The notes beneath the pieces are model-generated. The model ran no database searches and had not been told where the DNA came from. It saw only the letters and a program-made list of their open reading frames with translations. From an uncultured Candidatus Poseidoniales archaeon (GTDB lineage: Archaea; Thermoplasmatota; Poseidoniia; Poseidoniales; CAYMED01), in the NCBI GenBank assembly GCA_964389655.1, contig CAYMED010000001.1, positions 122,217 to 186,216 of the forward strand: DNA of 64,000 bases, in the 5' to 3' direction. Positions 38,145-46,232 of the stretch are shown here, piece by piece; position 1 is the first letter of the stretch; every line of letters starts with the position of its first letter. The position numbers and the translations under genes were made by a program.

Positions 38145-38360
38145 TTAACTACCATCGAGACGCGCATAGGTGTCTTGAGCGATTGCCACTTTGCGACCGT
38201 TTTGATCAAGCAGATCGGCTTCTGCAACACACAGGTGTTTGCCCGACTTCACTCCTCGAGCGTGGCAGGTAGCGTCTAGGGTGTTCATCATAGGGACTTT
38301 GTTCACCCTATACATCATGGCCTCAATCTCGGCTTTGCTCAATGTTGTCGTGTCAATCAT
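38145..38360 (-). pseudogene. PaaI/hot-dog thioesterase remnant with internal in-frame deletion
   Basis: C-terminal strands CHARGVKSGKHLCVAEADLLDQNGRKVAIAQDTY follow VPMMNTL directly; the HGG helix region is missing; only 71 aa. Confidence 0.6.
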
Positions 38361-38377
38361 GGCATAACGCCTCTTGT

Positions 38378-40108
38378 CTATTCAGTTTGCGTGTGTTTTG
38401 CTGCGAGTGGTTGTCTCCACCCTTGCCCAAATGCCCGTTCACTCACTCTTGGTGCAGGGGGCATCTGCCAGCGCTTGTGCTCGGCATAATTGAATTTCTC
38501 AAGTACGTCGATGATTACATCAGGACTTGCTATTTTTGCTGCGATAATAGATTCTAAACTCATCCCTTTTTCGATATGCAACGAGAGAATCTGATCCAGT
38601 ATGGTATATGGGGGTAATGAATCCTCATCAATCTGGTTTGGAGCTAATTCAGCACTTGGAGATTTGTCGAGAATATGTGAGTGGATTGGGGGAATATTTT
38701 CTTTTTCAAGAGCCTCTTGATTCAAAACATGTGCTATGTCGTAAACTTCAGTTTTGTATAAGTCGCCTATTGGTGCATAGCCCCCTGCCATGTCACCATA
38801 TAGTGTGCAATAACCGACGGCTAATTCGGATTTATTTCCTGTTGCCAATAACATTCCTCCCCGCGCATTAGCAATTCCCATCAGTAATACAGCACGCAAG
38901 CGTGCTTGGATGTTTTCAGCAGCAACATTGTGGCCCATTTTTAGTTCATCTTGAATCACGAATTCTGTTGCTTGATGCATTTCCTTAATTCCTCGTTGGA
39001 GCAATTCAATACCTAGTGCATTTGCAACTTCGATTGCATCCTCAATACTATGTGCTGATGAATGGCGTGAAGGCATGGCAAGTGCACAAACAGCATCAGG
39101 TCCAAGAGCACGAGATGCTAGAGCTGCAACGACAGCTGAATCAATACCCCCGGAGAGCCCAAGGACAACGCGCTCGATTCCAGACTTCTCTACATAATCT
39201 GAAAGTCCAATACTAACAGCATCTAGCAAGTCTCTAGCATCACTAGGGAGCTTTGGGTTTTCATTTGGGCGTGTCAATAGTGGTGAGCTTTGGGTTGAAG
39301 TGGTAGTGTCAAGGGGAATCCACTTGCAAGCAGTAGGGTCATCAAGGTCGACTAAGAATATTCCCTCTTCCCATGCAGGGGCCATGACGATGTGTCCATC
39401 AGGCCAAGCAACCATACTTCGCCCATCAAATACAAGGTCGTCCATTCCTCCTACTTGGTTTGCTACAAGAAAAGGATGTCCTAGACTTGCCGCTGCAGCG
39501 CGAGCCACTCCAAAGCGAGTTGCTGACTTACGCAAATGGTACGGGGATGCTGACAAATTCACAGTTGCCGCCAAAGTTTCTCTTCCTGCAATCATCTCAC
39601 TGATCTGCTCTATTGGGTCTAAATCATAATCAGATGGGACTTCACCAGCACATTGCCAGGCATCTTCACAGACAGTAATTGCAATTGAAACCCCATTTTT
39701 GATGCGGATAATGCCAGGCGATCGTCCAGATTCAAAATATCTTGATTCATCAAAAACATCGTATGCTGGTAGAAGTTGTTTACGTGCAACAATTCGGGGA
39801 AGTGCGCCTGACATGCACAAATAAACTCCGTTAGAGGGCTTTCGTCTAGATCCTTCTGGAAGAAGTGCAGAACCAATTAGCATAGGTATTTGACGCCCTA
39901 TGGTCTTAATTTCCTCAATTCCCTTTTTGATAAAATCAGGTCTATTAAGGCGATCTCGGGGTGGATATCCATGGATCATCAATTCAGGGGTTACTGCTAG
40001 GTCCACTTCCTCGGGTGCGAGAAGATCCAATGCCTTCTCAACGCGTTTTCGATTGTCCTGAAACGCCCCAACTGTCGGGTCGAGTTGTAGAAGAGCGATC
40101 ATAGGCAC
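38378..40108 (-). CDS. nadE: Glutamine-dependent NAD+ synthetase
   Basis: Nitrilase domain (TPEL, RKQLLPAYDVFDE, VCEDAW) plus synthetase domain (LGLSGGIDS, ENIQARLR, TGNKSE, PSAEL). Confidence 0.96.
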   Translation of the reverse strand: MPMIALLQLDPTVGAFQDNRKRVEKALDLLAPEEVDLAVTPELMIHGYPPRDRLNRPDFIKKGIEEIKTIGRQIPMLIGSALLPEGSRRKPSNGVYLCMSGALPRIVARKQLLPAYDVFDESRYFESGRSPGIIRIKNGVSIAITVCEDAWQCAGEVPSDYDLDPIEQISEMIAGRETLAATVNLSASPYHLRKSATRFGVARAAAASLGHPFLVANQVGGMDDLVFDGRSMVAWPDGHIVMAPAWEEGIFLVDLDDPTACKWIPLDTTTSTQSSPLLTRPNENPKLPSDARDLLDAVSIGLSDYVEKSGIERVVLGLSGGIDSAVVAALASRALGPDAVCALAMPSRHSSAHSIEDAIEVANALGIELLQRGIKEMHQATEFVIQDELKMGHNVAAENIQARLRAVLLMGIANARGGMLLATGNKSELAVGYCTLYGDMAGGYAPIGDLYKTEVYDIAHVLNQEALEKENIPPIHSHILDKSPSAELAPNQIDEDSLPPYTILDQILSLHIEKGMSLESIIAAKIASPDVIIDVLEKFNYAEHKRWQMPPAPRVSERAFGQGWRQPLAAKHTQTE

Positions 40109-40149
40109 ATGCTCCGGATGGTGCGCCCCTCCATCAGGGCTGCGGCTGT

Positions 40150-41226
40150 TTATTCATCCTCTGTATCTGCTAACCAAGGGCGTAGTGCATCGATCACAGC
40201 ATTAGTCCCATCAGAAAGGGGAACGTGGGGAGATTCTCCGAGATTCTCCGAGGCCTCGGCGAAAATTTTTGCAGATGCAGAACGCGAGCGTACACACGTG
40301 ATGCGGTCAAACACCTTTGCCGCAATCCGAGCATTGATTCGTTGTTCATCTTGACCTGGCTCTGGAACTAATATGGCGGGTACACCTAGATGTGCAATTT
40401 CTCCAATGATTTGGCTGCCTGCTGTACAAATAACCATGTCTGATGTAGCCATGTCTTCGATAAATGTAGCCTCTGAGATTGGCCTTTCAGTGACGTGACT
40501 GCCTTGCACAACCCCGTGCACCCCATATATCCGGAATTCTTTATGCTGTTGTTTAGAGAACTCGGCGGCAGCATGAATAGCTTTGCTCGACTTACCTCGA
40601 AAATATCCTGTGATATGTGTGCCGTTTGGTTCCCAGGTACGACCCCGCAGGGATTGACGTATCATTGGCCCAACTAACAGAGCATCAGAATGTTTGGTTT
40701 TCAGTTTAGTAAATGGTTTTGAAACGATTGTGATTGTGGGCTTCGGGCAGAAAAAGCGGGCAGTTGCACCAATGGAGATACCCTTTATTCGGTCTCGCAG
40801 TGAAAGGAAACCCTGCGTTTTAATCACTCTAAGAAATTGCTGACTCGAAAATTCGATCAAAGGAAGTTTCCGGCGTCTTGCAAGCCGTGGCAAGATCGGT
40901 TCAAAATCTGAGATGACAATATCTGGATTGAATGAATCCAAAGTCTGGCCGATTTTCTTTGCTTGAAACAGTACTTTTGGTATGAAATGAAATGTGAATT
41001 TCACTCCAGATAGAAAATAAGAGACGCCCCAGGGAGTATTTTGGAGCCTTGGAACGGGCATTTTCTGAACCGAACCCTGGCCAAAATGCTCCTCTAGCAA
41101 TTCTCTTGCATCCGCATCTGTCCAATACATGACTTCATGGCCATCTGCAATCAACGCCTCTCCCAGCGAAACTGCTCTTGTGCAATGTCCGCGCCCTTCT
41201 CCGGCCAAACCATAGGCGATTCGCAC
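40150..41226 (-). CDS. GT-B glycosyltransferase, MJ1255/VC2487 (GT28-like) family
   Basis: MRIAYGLAGEGRGHCTRA, PDIVISDFEP, ICTAG..IGE..LGVP, GQDEQRINA. Confidence 0.88.
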   Translation of the reverse strand: MRIAYGLAGEGRGHCTRAVSLGEALIADGHEVMYWTDADARELLEEHFGQGSVQKMPVPRLQNTPWGVSYFLSGVKFTFHFIPKVLFQAKKIGQTLDSFNPDIVISDFEPILPRLARRRKLPLIEFSSQQFLRVIKTQGFLSLRDRIKGISIGATARFFCPKPTITIVSKPFTKLKTKHSDALLVGPMIRQSLRGRTWEPNGTHITGYFRGKSSKAIHAAAEFSKQQHKEFRIYGVHGVVQGSHVTERPISEATFIEDMATSDMVICTAGSQIIGEIAHLGVPAILVPEPGQDEQRINARIAAKVFDRITCVRSRSASAKIFAEASENLGESPHVPLSDGTNAVIDALRPWLADTEDE

Positions 41227-41229
41227 TTT

Positions 41230-42174
41230 TCATGCCTCTAACCGCAATGCATCCTCATTTGTTTCTTTATTCGTGTCCTCAAGAAATGAATCAGGTAATT
41301 GTTGAGTGTCACGTGGCCAATGAATCAATTCAATTCTCCCATCACTAAATTCTATGACTGATGAAAGTGTTTCAACCCAATCGCCATCATTCCAATATTC
41401 TGTACCGTCATAAATGGCATGTTTAGCATTGTGTGTATGACCGCACAATGCCATCTCACAGCCATTCCGTCTTGCTTCTTCTGCCACTGCTCTCTCAAAT
41501 GCTTCTTGGTCCTGAGCACGCTGTTTCACTTTGGCACGTAGATATGCAGATAGTGACCAGTATGGTTTTCTCAGAAGCCAGCGTATCCCATTGACAAAAT
41601 GATTGAGATACATACTCAATTCATATCCAAGGTGCCCAAGTGATGCAACCCATCTCTTTCTCCTTACAACTTGGTCGAACTCATCCCCATGTAGCACCAA
41701 CATTCTCCGGCCATCCAACGTCTCGTGCACATGTTGCTGCTCTATGCAGATTTGTGCAATATTTGTCCCAACCCATCGTCGGAATGCATCGTCGTGGTTA
41801 CCCGGTACATAGATCACTTCTGTCCCACTAGCAGCCCTCCGCAATATTTCTCGTAAAACGCGATTGCAATCCTCTTTCCAATGCCATCTTCGTCCAAGCA
41901 CCCACAGATCAATAACATCGCCGACAAGAACGATTTTTTCACATTCAACTTGACGAAGGAACCTCAATAGATGGTCCGGACGCGAGCCTCTAAATCCAAG
42001 GTGAATATCAGATATGAAGACTGTCTTAACTTTGATTTTGATGTCTGCTAGTCCATCAACATCTCCTCTTGGACAGATATTTCCAGTTGCAGGGTCAAAA
42101 CGCAGTGCTTCTGATAACGAGGCTAGCAATTGCACCTCGTGCTTACGCCTTCGGCGCCTCGCAAACCTCCCCAT
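41230..42174 (-). CDS. Metallophosphoesterase of the PlcP/LpxH2 type (putative Mn-dependent phospholipase C)
   Basis: FISDIHLG, LVGDVID, PGNHD, VLHGDEFD, YWSLSAY, CGHTH, NDGDWVE. Confidence 0.88.
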   Translation of the reverse strand: MGRFARRRRRKHEVQLLASLSEALRFDPATGNICPRGDVDGLADIKIKVKTVFISDIHLGFRGSRPDHLLRFLRQVECEKIVLVGDVIDLWVLGRRWHWKEDCNRVLREILRRAASGTEVIYVPGNHDDAFRRWVGTNIAQICIEQQHVHETLDGRRMLVLHGDEFDQVVRRKRWVASLGHLGYELSMYLNHFVNGIRWLLRKPYWSLSAYLRAKVKQRAQDQEAFERAVAEEARRNGCEMALCGHTHNAKHAIYDGTEYWNDGDWVETLSSVIEFSDGRIELIHWPRDTQQLPDSFLEDTNKETNEDALRLEA

Positions 42175-42267
42175 TGATAGGGTTCCTAAGCATAGAGGGG
42201 TTGAACCCTTCGGCGCAGTGCTAGTTGATTTTTTTTTATCAAGTGTCTTTTCAGATTGACGAAATCA

Positions 42268-42924
42268 TCAGTGACATGCCTTTCCATATTTTTTCAGTCG
42301 CCAGTAGTTGTAGGGCCATGGGGTTAGGAAACCAACCACGAGCATGAATGGTATTGCTATCGGATTCATTCCTAGTTCTCCCGAGGTGAACAAGAGGTCA
42401 GTCACCTCCATCGCGATCTCCATCATTAGCATCGAGATGAATGACATTCCAAGGGCCGTTGAGAGAGCGTTTCGGAAGTCCATCTGGCCACGCATCAGGA
42501 TGGCGGTCTCTAACATCACGCTGGTGATGAGGCCGTTGATGAGAGGCAGTATTGCGTAGAAGTACCAGATGTTGGAAAATAGTTCTAGATCAGCAGTAAT
42601 TCCAGAATAGGAATAGTAAGCAAGAGTTCCGAACTCACCAATTGAGCAACCGACCAAACACCATTTCGTGTTATTCGCAGATTCTTTCCATATTGCTCGA
42701 TCGGACCAATCAAATTTTGGTGCCCCTACGGTGAACCCAGCAGCAGTAATAGTTTCAACGAACGCACCGTGCCCTACATTATCTGAGGATTCAATGCGTG
42801 CAAGGCCCGATTTATGACATACGTCAACTTCTGAGACACCTTGCATGGCTGCAAGCGCTTCGGAAAGGCGGCTAGAACAGCCTCCACAGGTCATCCCCCC
42901 TACTACAATCTCGGTACTTGTCAC
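42268..42924 (-). CDS. HMA metal-binding domain fused to a DUF4396-like membrane domain
   Basis: GMTCGGC; WCLVGCSIGE, ALGMSFISMLMMEIAME, FLTPWPYNYWRLKKYGKACH; start taken at GTG 42924. Confidence 0.85.
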   Translation of the reverse strand: MTSTEIVVGGMTCGGCSSRLSEALAAMQGVSEVDVCHKSGLARIESSDNVGHGAFVETITAAGFTVGAPKFDWSDRAIWKESANNTKWCLVGCSIGEFGTLAYYSYSGITADLELFSNIWYFYAILPLINGLITSVMLETAILMRGQMDFRNALSTALGMSFISMLMMEIAMEVTDLLFTSGELGMNPIAIPFMLVVGFLTPWPYNYWRLKKYGKACH

Positions 42925-42997
42925 AAGACCTTCGACTAGTGCTCTACCTATCAATGCCCCTCGCATGGTTGAAAGCATAGGCTCAGGTCCCGCCGTC
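42925..42997. promoter_or_regulatory. Putative back-to-back leaderless promoters (HMA-DUF4396 gene / ileS)
   Basis: 73-bp divergent spacer with TTGAAA (+, 42969) and TTGATA (-, 42954), each about 29-30 bp from its start codon. Confidence 0.5.
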
Positions 42998-45900
42998 ATG
43001 GTTGTGCCTGAGGTAACTGGTGACCTTGATCCAGTTGCGCTTGAGACCGGACTCATGAGGCTCTGGAATAAGGAAGGAACATTTGCAGCCCAAGTAAACA
43101 ATCGTCGGAATGGAAAGCCCTTCATATTTCTTGAAGGCCCCCCAACAGCGAATGGGCGGCCGGGCATTCATCATGTAGTTGCCCGAACCTTCAAAGATCT
43201 AGTTTGTCGCTGGAAAGCGATGCAAGGGTATCTGGTGGAGCGAAAAGGTGGATGGGATACACACGGTCTTCCAGTTGAAATTGAAGTTCAGAAGCGGCTG
43301 GATTTGATGAGTAATGATGCGATTGAAGAATTTGGCATGGCAGAATTCAATGAGGAATGCCGAAATAGCGTTTGGACGTATGAGCAAGCGTGGCGGGAAA
43401 TGACCGAAAGAATGGCTTTTTGGGTTGATTTAGAAGACCCCTACATTACTCTGAACAACAACTATGTCGAATCTTGTTGGTGGGCATTGAAACAGATGTT
43501 TGAGAAGAATTTGTTATATCGTGGCCACAAAGTTCTCCCATTTTGTCCACAAACGGGAACGAGTTATTCTAGTCACGAAGTTGCTCTTGGCTACAAAGAA
43601 GTTGAGGAGCCTTCTGTTTATGTAAAATTCAAATTAGTTGATCAAGCGGCTAGCATCCTTGCTTGGACGACAACCCCTTGGACCCTTCCCGGCAATGTTG
43701 GTTTAGCCGTTGGCCCGAATGTAACTTATGTTAGGGTACGCGTGGATTCCAGTTCTGGAGACTCTTGGGATGGACGTGGAGGTGCGAATGTTGGTGACGA
43801 ATTGATTGTTGCAAAGGACTTGCTCAAAGACGTCATTCGAAATCAAGTATCAATCATAGATGAATTCTCAGGTGATGATTTGGTAGGGCTAGCGTACCAA
43901 CCCCTATTTCCCGATGCTGTTGATCGTGGAGAAAGTACAACTGCCTGGACAATTCTCTCGGCAGACTGGGTTACTACAACTGATGGCACAGGTGTAGTTC
44001 ACACAGCAGTAATGTATGGTGAAGATGACTATAATCTCGGAATGGAAGTTGGATTGCCAGCACAACACACTGTTGATATAGAGGGGCGTTTCATTGAAGG
44101 CACTCATCAACAACTTGATGGAAAATATGTCAAAGATTGTGATGACAGTATTATTGAGATTCTTTGTAGCGAAAATCTCCTTTATCGCGAGAAAATGTAT
44201 TCTCATGACTATCCTCATTGTTGGCGAACTGAACATCCCTTGCTTTACTACGCAATGGACTCTTGGTTTGTCCGCATGACTGCAGTCAAAGAGCGCCTAA
44301 TTGAGTTCAATAATCAAGTTGAGTGGGCACCAGATTGGGTTGGCGAGAAAAGATTTGGTGACTGGCTTTCAAATGTCAAAGATTGGGCAATTTCTCGTGA
44401 ACGATATTGGGGGACTCCTCTCCCTGTATGGTGTACAGTATCAGGAGAAATGAAGTGCATCGGTTCAATAGCAGAACTTCAGGCCGAAGTGGCGAAGGCA
44501 GTTAAAGCAGGCTTGGCCAACCCTCCTTGTCCTGATGATGTTGATTTGCATAGGCCAGTTGTGGATCAATTCACTCTTGTTTCTGATTCAGGCGAGCCGA
44601 TGAAGCGGGACCCGTTTGTGATGGATTGCTGGTTTGACTCGGGTTGCGCATCATTTGCACAATGGCACCATCCATTTGGTGGCATCGAAAAATTTGCTGA
44701 AAACTTTCCAATCGATTATATCTGCGAGGGGGTCGACCAAACAAGGGGTTGGTTCTACACCCTCCTTGCAGTTAGTACAGCAGTCTTTGATTCCATTTGC
44801 TACAAAAGTTGCCTTTCCTTGGGGCACATCCTCGATAAAGATGGTAAGAAGATGTCCAAGTCACGTGGTAATGTTGTTGACCCCTGGGACCATTTCAATA
44901 GAGAAGGTGCAGATGCCTCTCGATGGTATATGGTGTCGTCAGGCTCACCTTGGAATCCACTAAAATTTGATCCGGACGGTGTGCGGGAATCCTATGGGAA
45001 AATGTTTCTAACTCTATGGAATGTGCATCGCTTTCATGCTGATTATGCAGCATTGGATGGTTTTGACCCCACAGATTATGCTTTGGATTACTCCAAGCGA
45101 TCTCTGCTAGATCAGTGGATCATTAGCCGCATCGACACTCTTGTTTCTTCAGTACAGGATTTGTTTGAATCTTGGGACTTCCATAAAGCCTGTAGGGAAA
45201 TCGAATATTTTGTTGTTAATGATCTTTCTAATTGGTATGTGCGACGAAGCCGTCGTCGGCTTTGGGATGAAGCAGATTCAACGGATAAGACCAATTGTCA
45301 ACTAACACTGCATGAGGTTCTAGTGGCAGTTAGCCAGCTAATTGCCCCTATTGCTCCATTTATTGTGGATAAAATATATCGAAACCTCACTGGGGAATCA
45401 GTTCATCTCTCTGATTGGCCAATTCCAACCGGTGCAAAAAACCCCGAACTTGAACAAGCGATGGATCTTGTTCGTCGATTAGCAGAAGCAGGTCGGAGAG
45501 TTCGGATTGATGTGGAACGGCGTCAGCGCTTGCCATGCCGTGAAGGGTGGATTGTTGGGGGTATTGATGTTTCAGATTTTCATGAAATTCTCGCAGAGGA
45601 AATTAACGTTGAATTAATGTCTACAGAAACCGACCTTGATCGTTTTCAGCGAATTGAAATCGTTCCTGAAAACAAATCTCTAGGTCGAAAATGCCGAGCC
45701 GACTTGCCAATGGTTAAGGCGGCTATTGAAGCCGCTGATCCGGAAGACTTGTGGGGTCAGATTTCAGCGAATTGCGCAGATATTGGAGGTTATTTAATCA
45801 CAACTGAAGATGTTAATATCCGTCGTGTGGAAAAAGTGGGCTTTGCAGCGACTACAATCAAAATAGGCGAGGGTGAGGATGAGCAAGACGTGAGTCTTGT

Positions 45901-46183
45901 CCTTGATATATCTATTACGCCTGAGCTAATTTCCAAAGGCTTGGCACGAGAAATAATTCGTCGAGTACAAGCACGGCGAAAGGAACTTGATCTCGATATT
46001 GAGAGTAAAATCACTCTTACTCTTTGGCTTCCTGCCGATGCGCCCGAACTTTTTGAGACGGACTGGCTACATATTTGCGCGGAAACTAGGTCCTTGTCTG
46101 GTGATTTAATACGTGATGTACCAGTAATTGATGTTGCTTCATTTAACATCGATGGAGTTGATGTCGGATTTAAAATAGAGTAA
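42998..46183 (+). CDS. ileS: Isoleucyl-tRNA synthetase, type 2
   Basis: EGPPTANGRPGIHH, GWDTHGLPVE, WTTTPWTLP, DGTGVVH, DWAISRERYWG, EGVDQTRGWF, KMSKS. Confidence 0.97.
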   Translation: MVVPEVTGDLDPVALETGLMRLWNKEGTFAAQVNNRRNGKPFIFLEGPPTANGRPGIHHVVARTFKDLVCRWKAMQGYLVERKGGWDTHGLPVEIEVQKRLDLMSNDAIEEFGMAEFNEECRNSVWTYEQAWREMTERMAFWVDLEDPYITLNNNYVESCWWALKQMFEKNLLYRGHKVLPFCPQTGTSYSSHEVALGYKEVEEPSVYVKFKLVDQAASILAWTTTPWTLPGNVGLAVGPNVTYVRVRVDSSSGDSWDGRGGANVGDELIVAKDLLKDVIRNQVSIIDEFSGDDLVGLAYQPLFPDAVDRGESTTAWTILSADWVTTTDGTGVVHTAVMYGEDDYNLGMEVGLPAQHTVDIEGRFIEGTHQQLDGKYVKDCDDSIIEILCSENLLYREKMYSHDYPHCWRTEHPLLYYAMDSWFVRMTAVKERLIEFNNQVEWAPDWVGEKRFGDWLSNVKDWAISRERYWGTPLPVWCTVSGEMKCIGSIAELQAEVAKAVKAGLANPPCPDDVDLHRPVVDQFTLVSDSGEPMKRDPFVMDCWFDSGCASFAQWHHPFGGIEKFAENFPIDYICEGVDQTRGWFYTLLAVSTAVFDSICYKSCLSLGHILDKDGKKMSKSRGNVVDPWDHFNREGADASRWYMVSSGSPWNPLKFDPDGVRESYGKMFLTLWNVHRFHADYAALDGFDPTDYALDYSKRSLLDQWIISRIDTLVSSVQDLFESWDFHKACREIEYFVVNDLSNWYVRRSRRRLWDEADSTDKTNCQLTLHEVLVAVSQLIAPIAPFIVDKIYRNLTGESVHLSDWPIPTGAKNPELEQAMDLVRRLAEAGRRVRIDVERRQRLPCREGWIVGGIDVSDFHEILAEEINVELMSTETDLDRFQRIEIVPENKSLGRKCRADLPMVKAAIEAADPEDLWGQISANCADIGGYLITTEDVNIRRVEKVGFAATTIKIGEGEDEQDVSLVLDISITPELISKGLAREIIRRVQARRKELDLDIESKITLTLWLPADAPELFETDWLHICAETRSLSGDLIRDVPVIDVASFNIDGVDVGFKIE

Positions 46184-46224
46184 TTATCAAGATGTTGATT
46201 CTTACGGTTCCCGCGGATCACATG

Positions 46225-46232
46225 TTTTTTTT
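46225..46232 (+). terminator. Possible oligo-T terminator after ileS
   Basis: T8 tract about 40 bp after the ileS stop, at a convergent gene junction. Confidence 0.3.

Noticed and set aside
41230-42174. Lipid A biosynthesis (LpxH) in an archaeon
   Set aside because: The GNHD motif and overall pattern fit the PlcP/LpxH2 type, and no other lpx genes are present.
42845-43167. Apparent 320-bp head-to-head overlap of ileS and the HMA-DUF4396 ORF
   Set aside because: Artefact of longest-ORF calling. Recognisable domains begin at about 42998 (+) and 42924 (-), leaving a normal 73-bp spacer.
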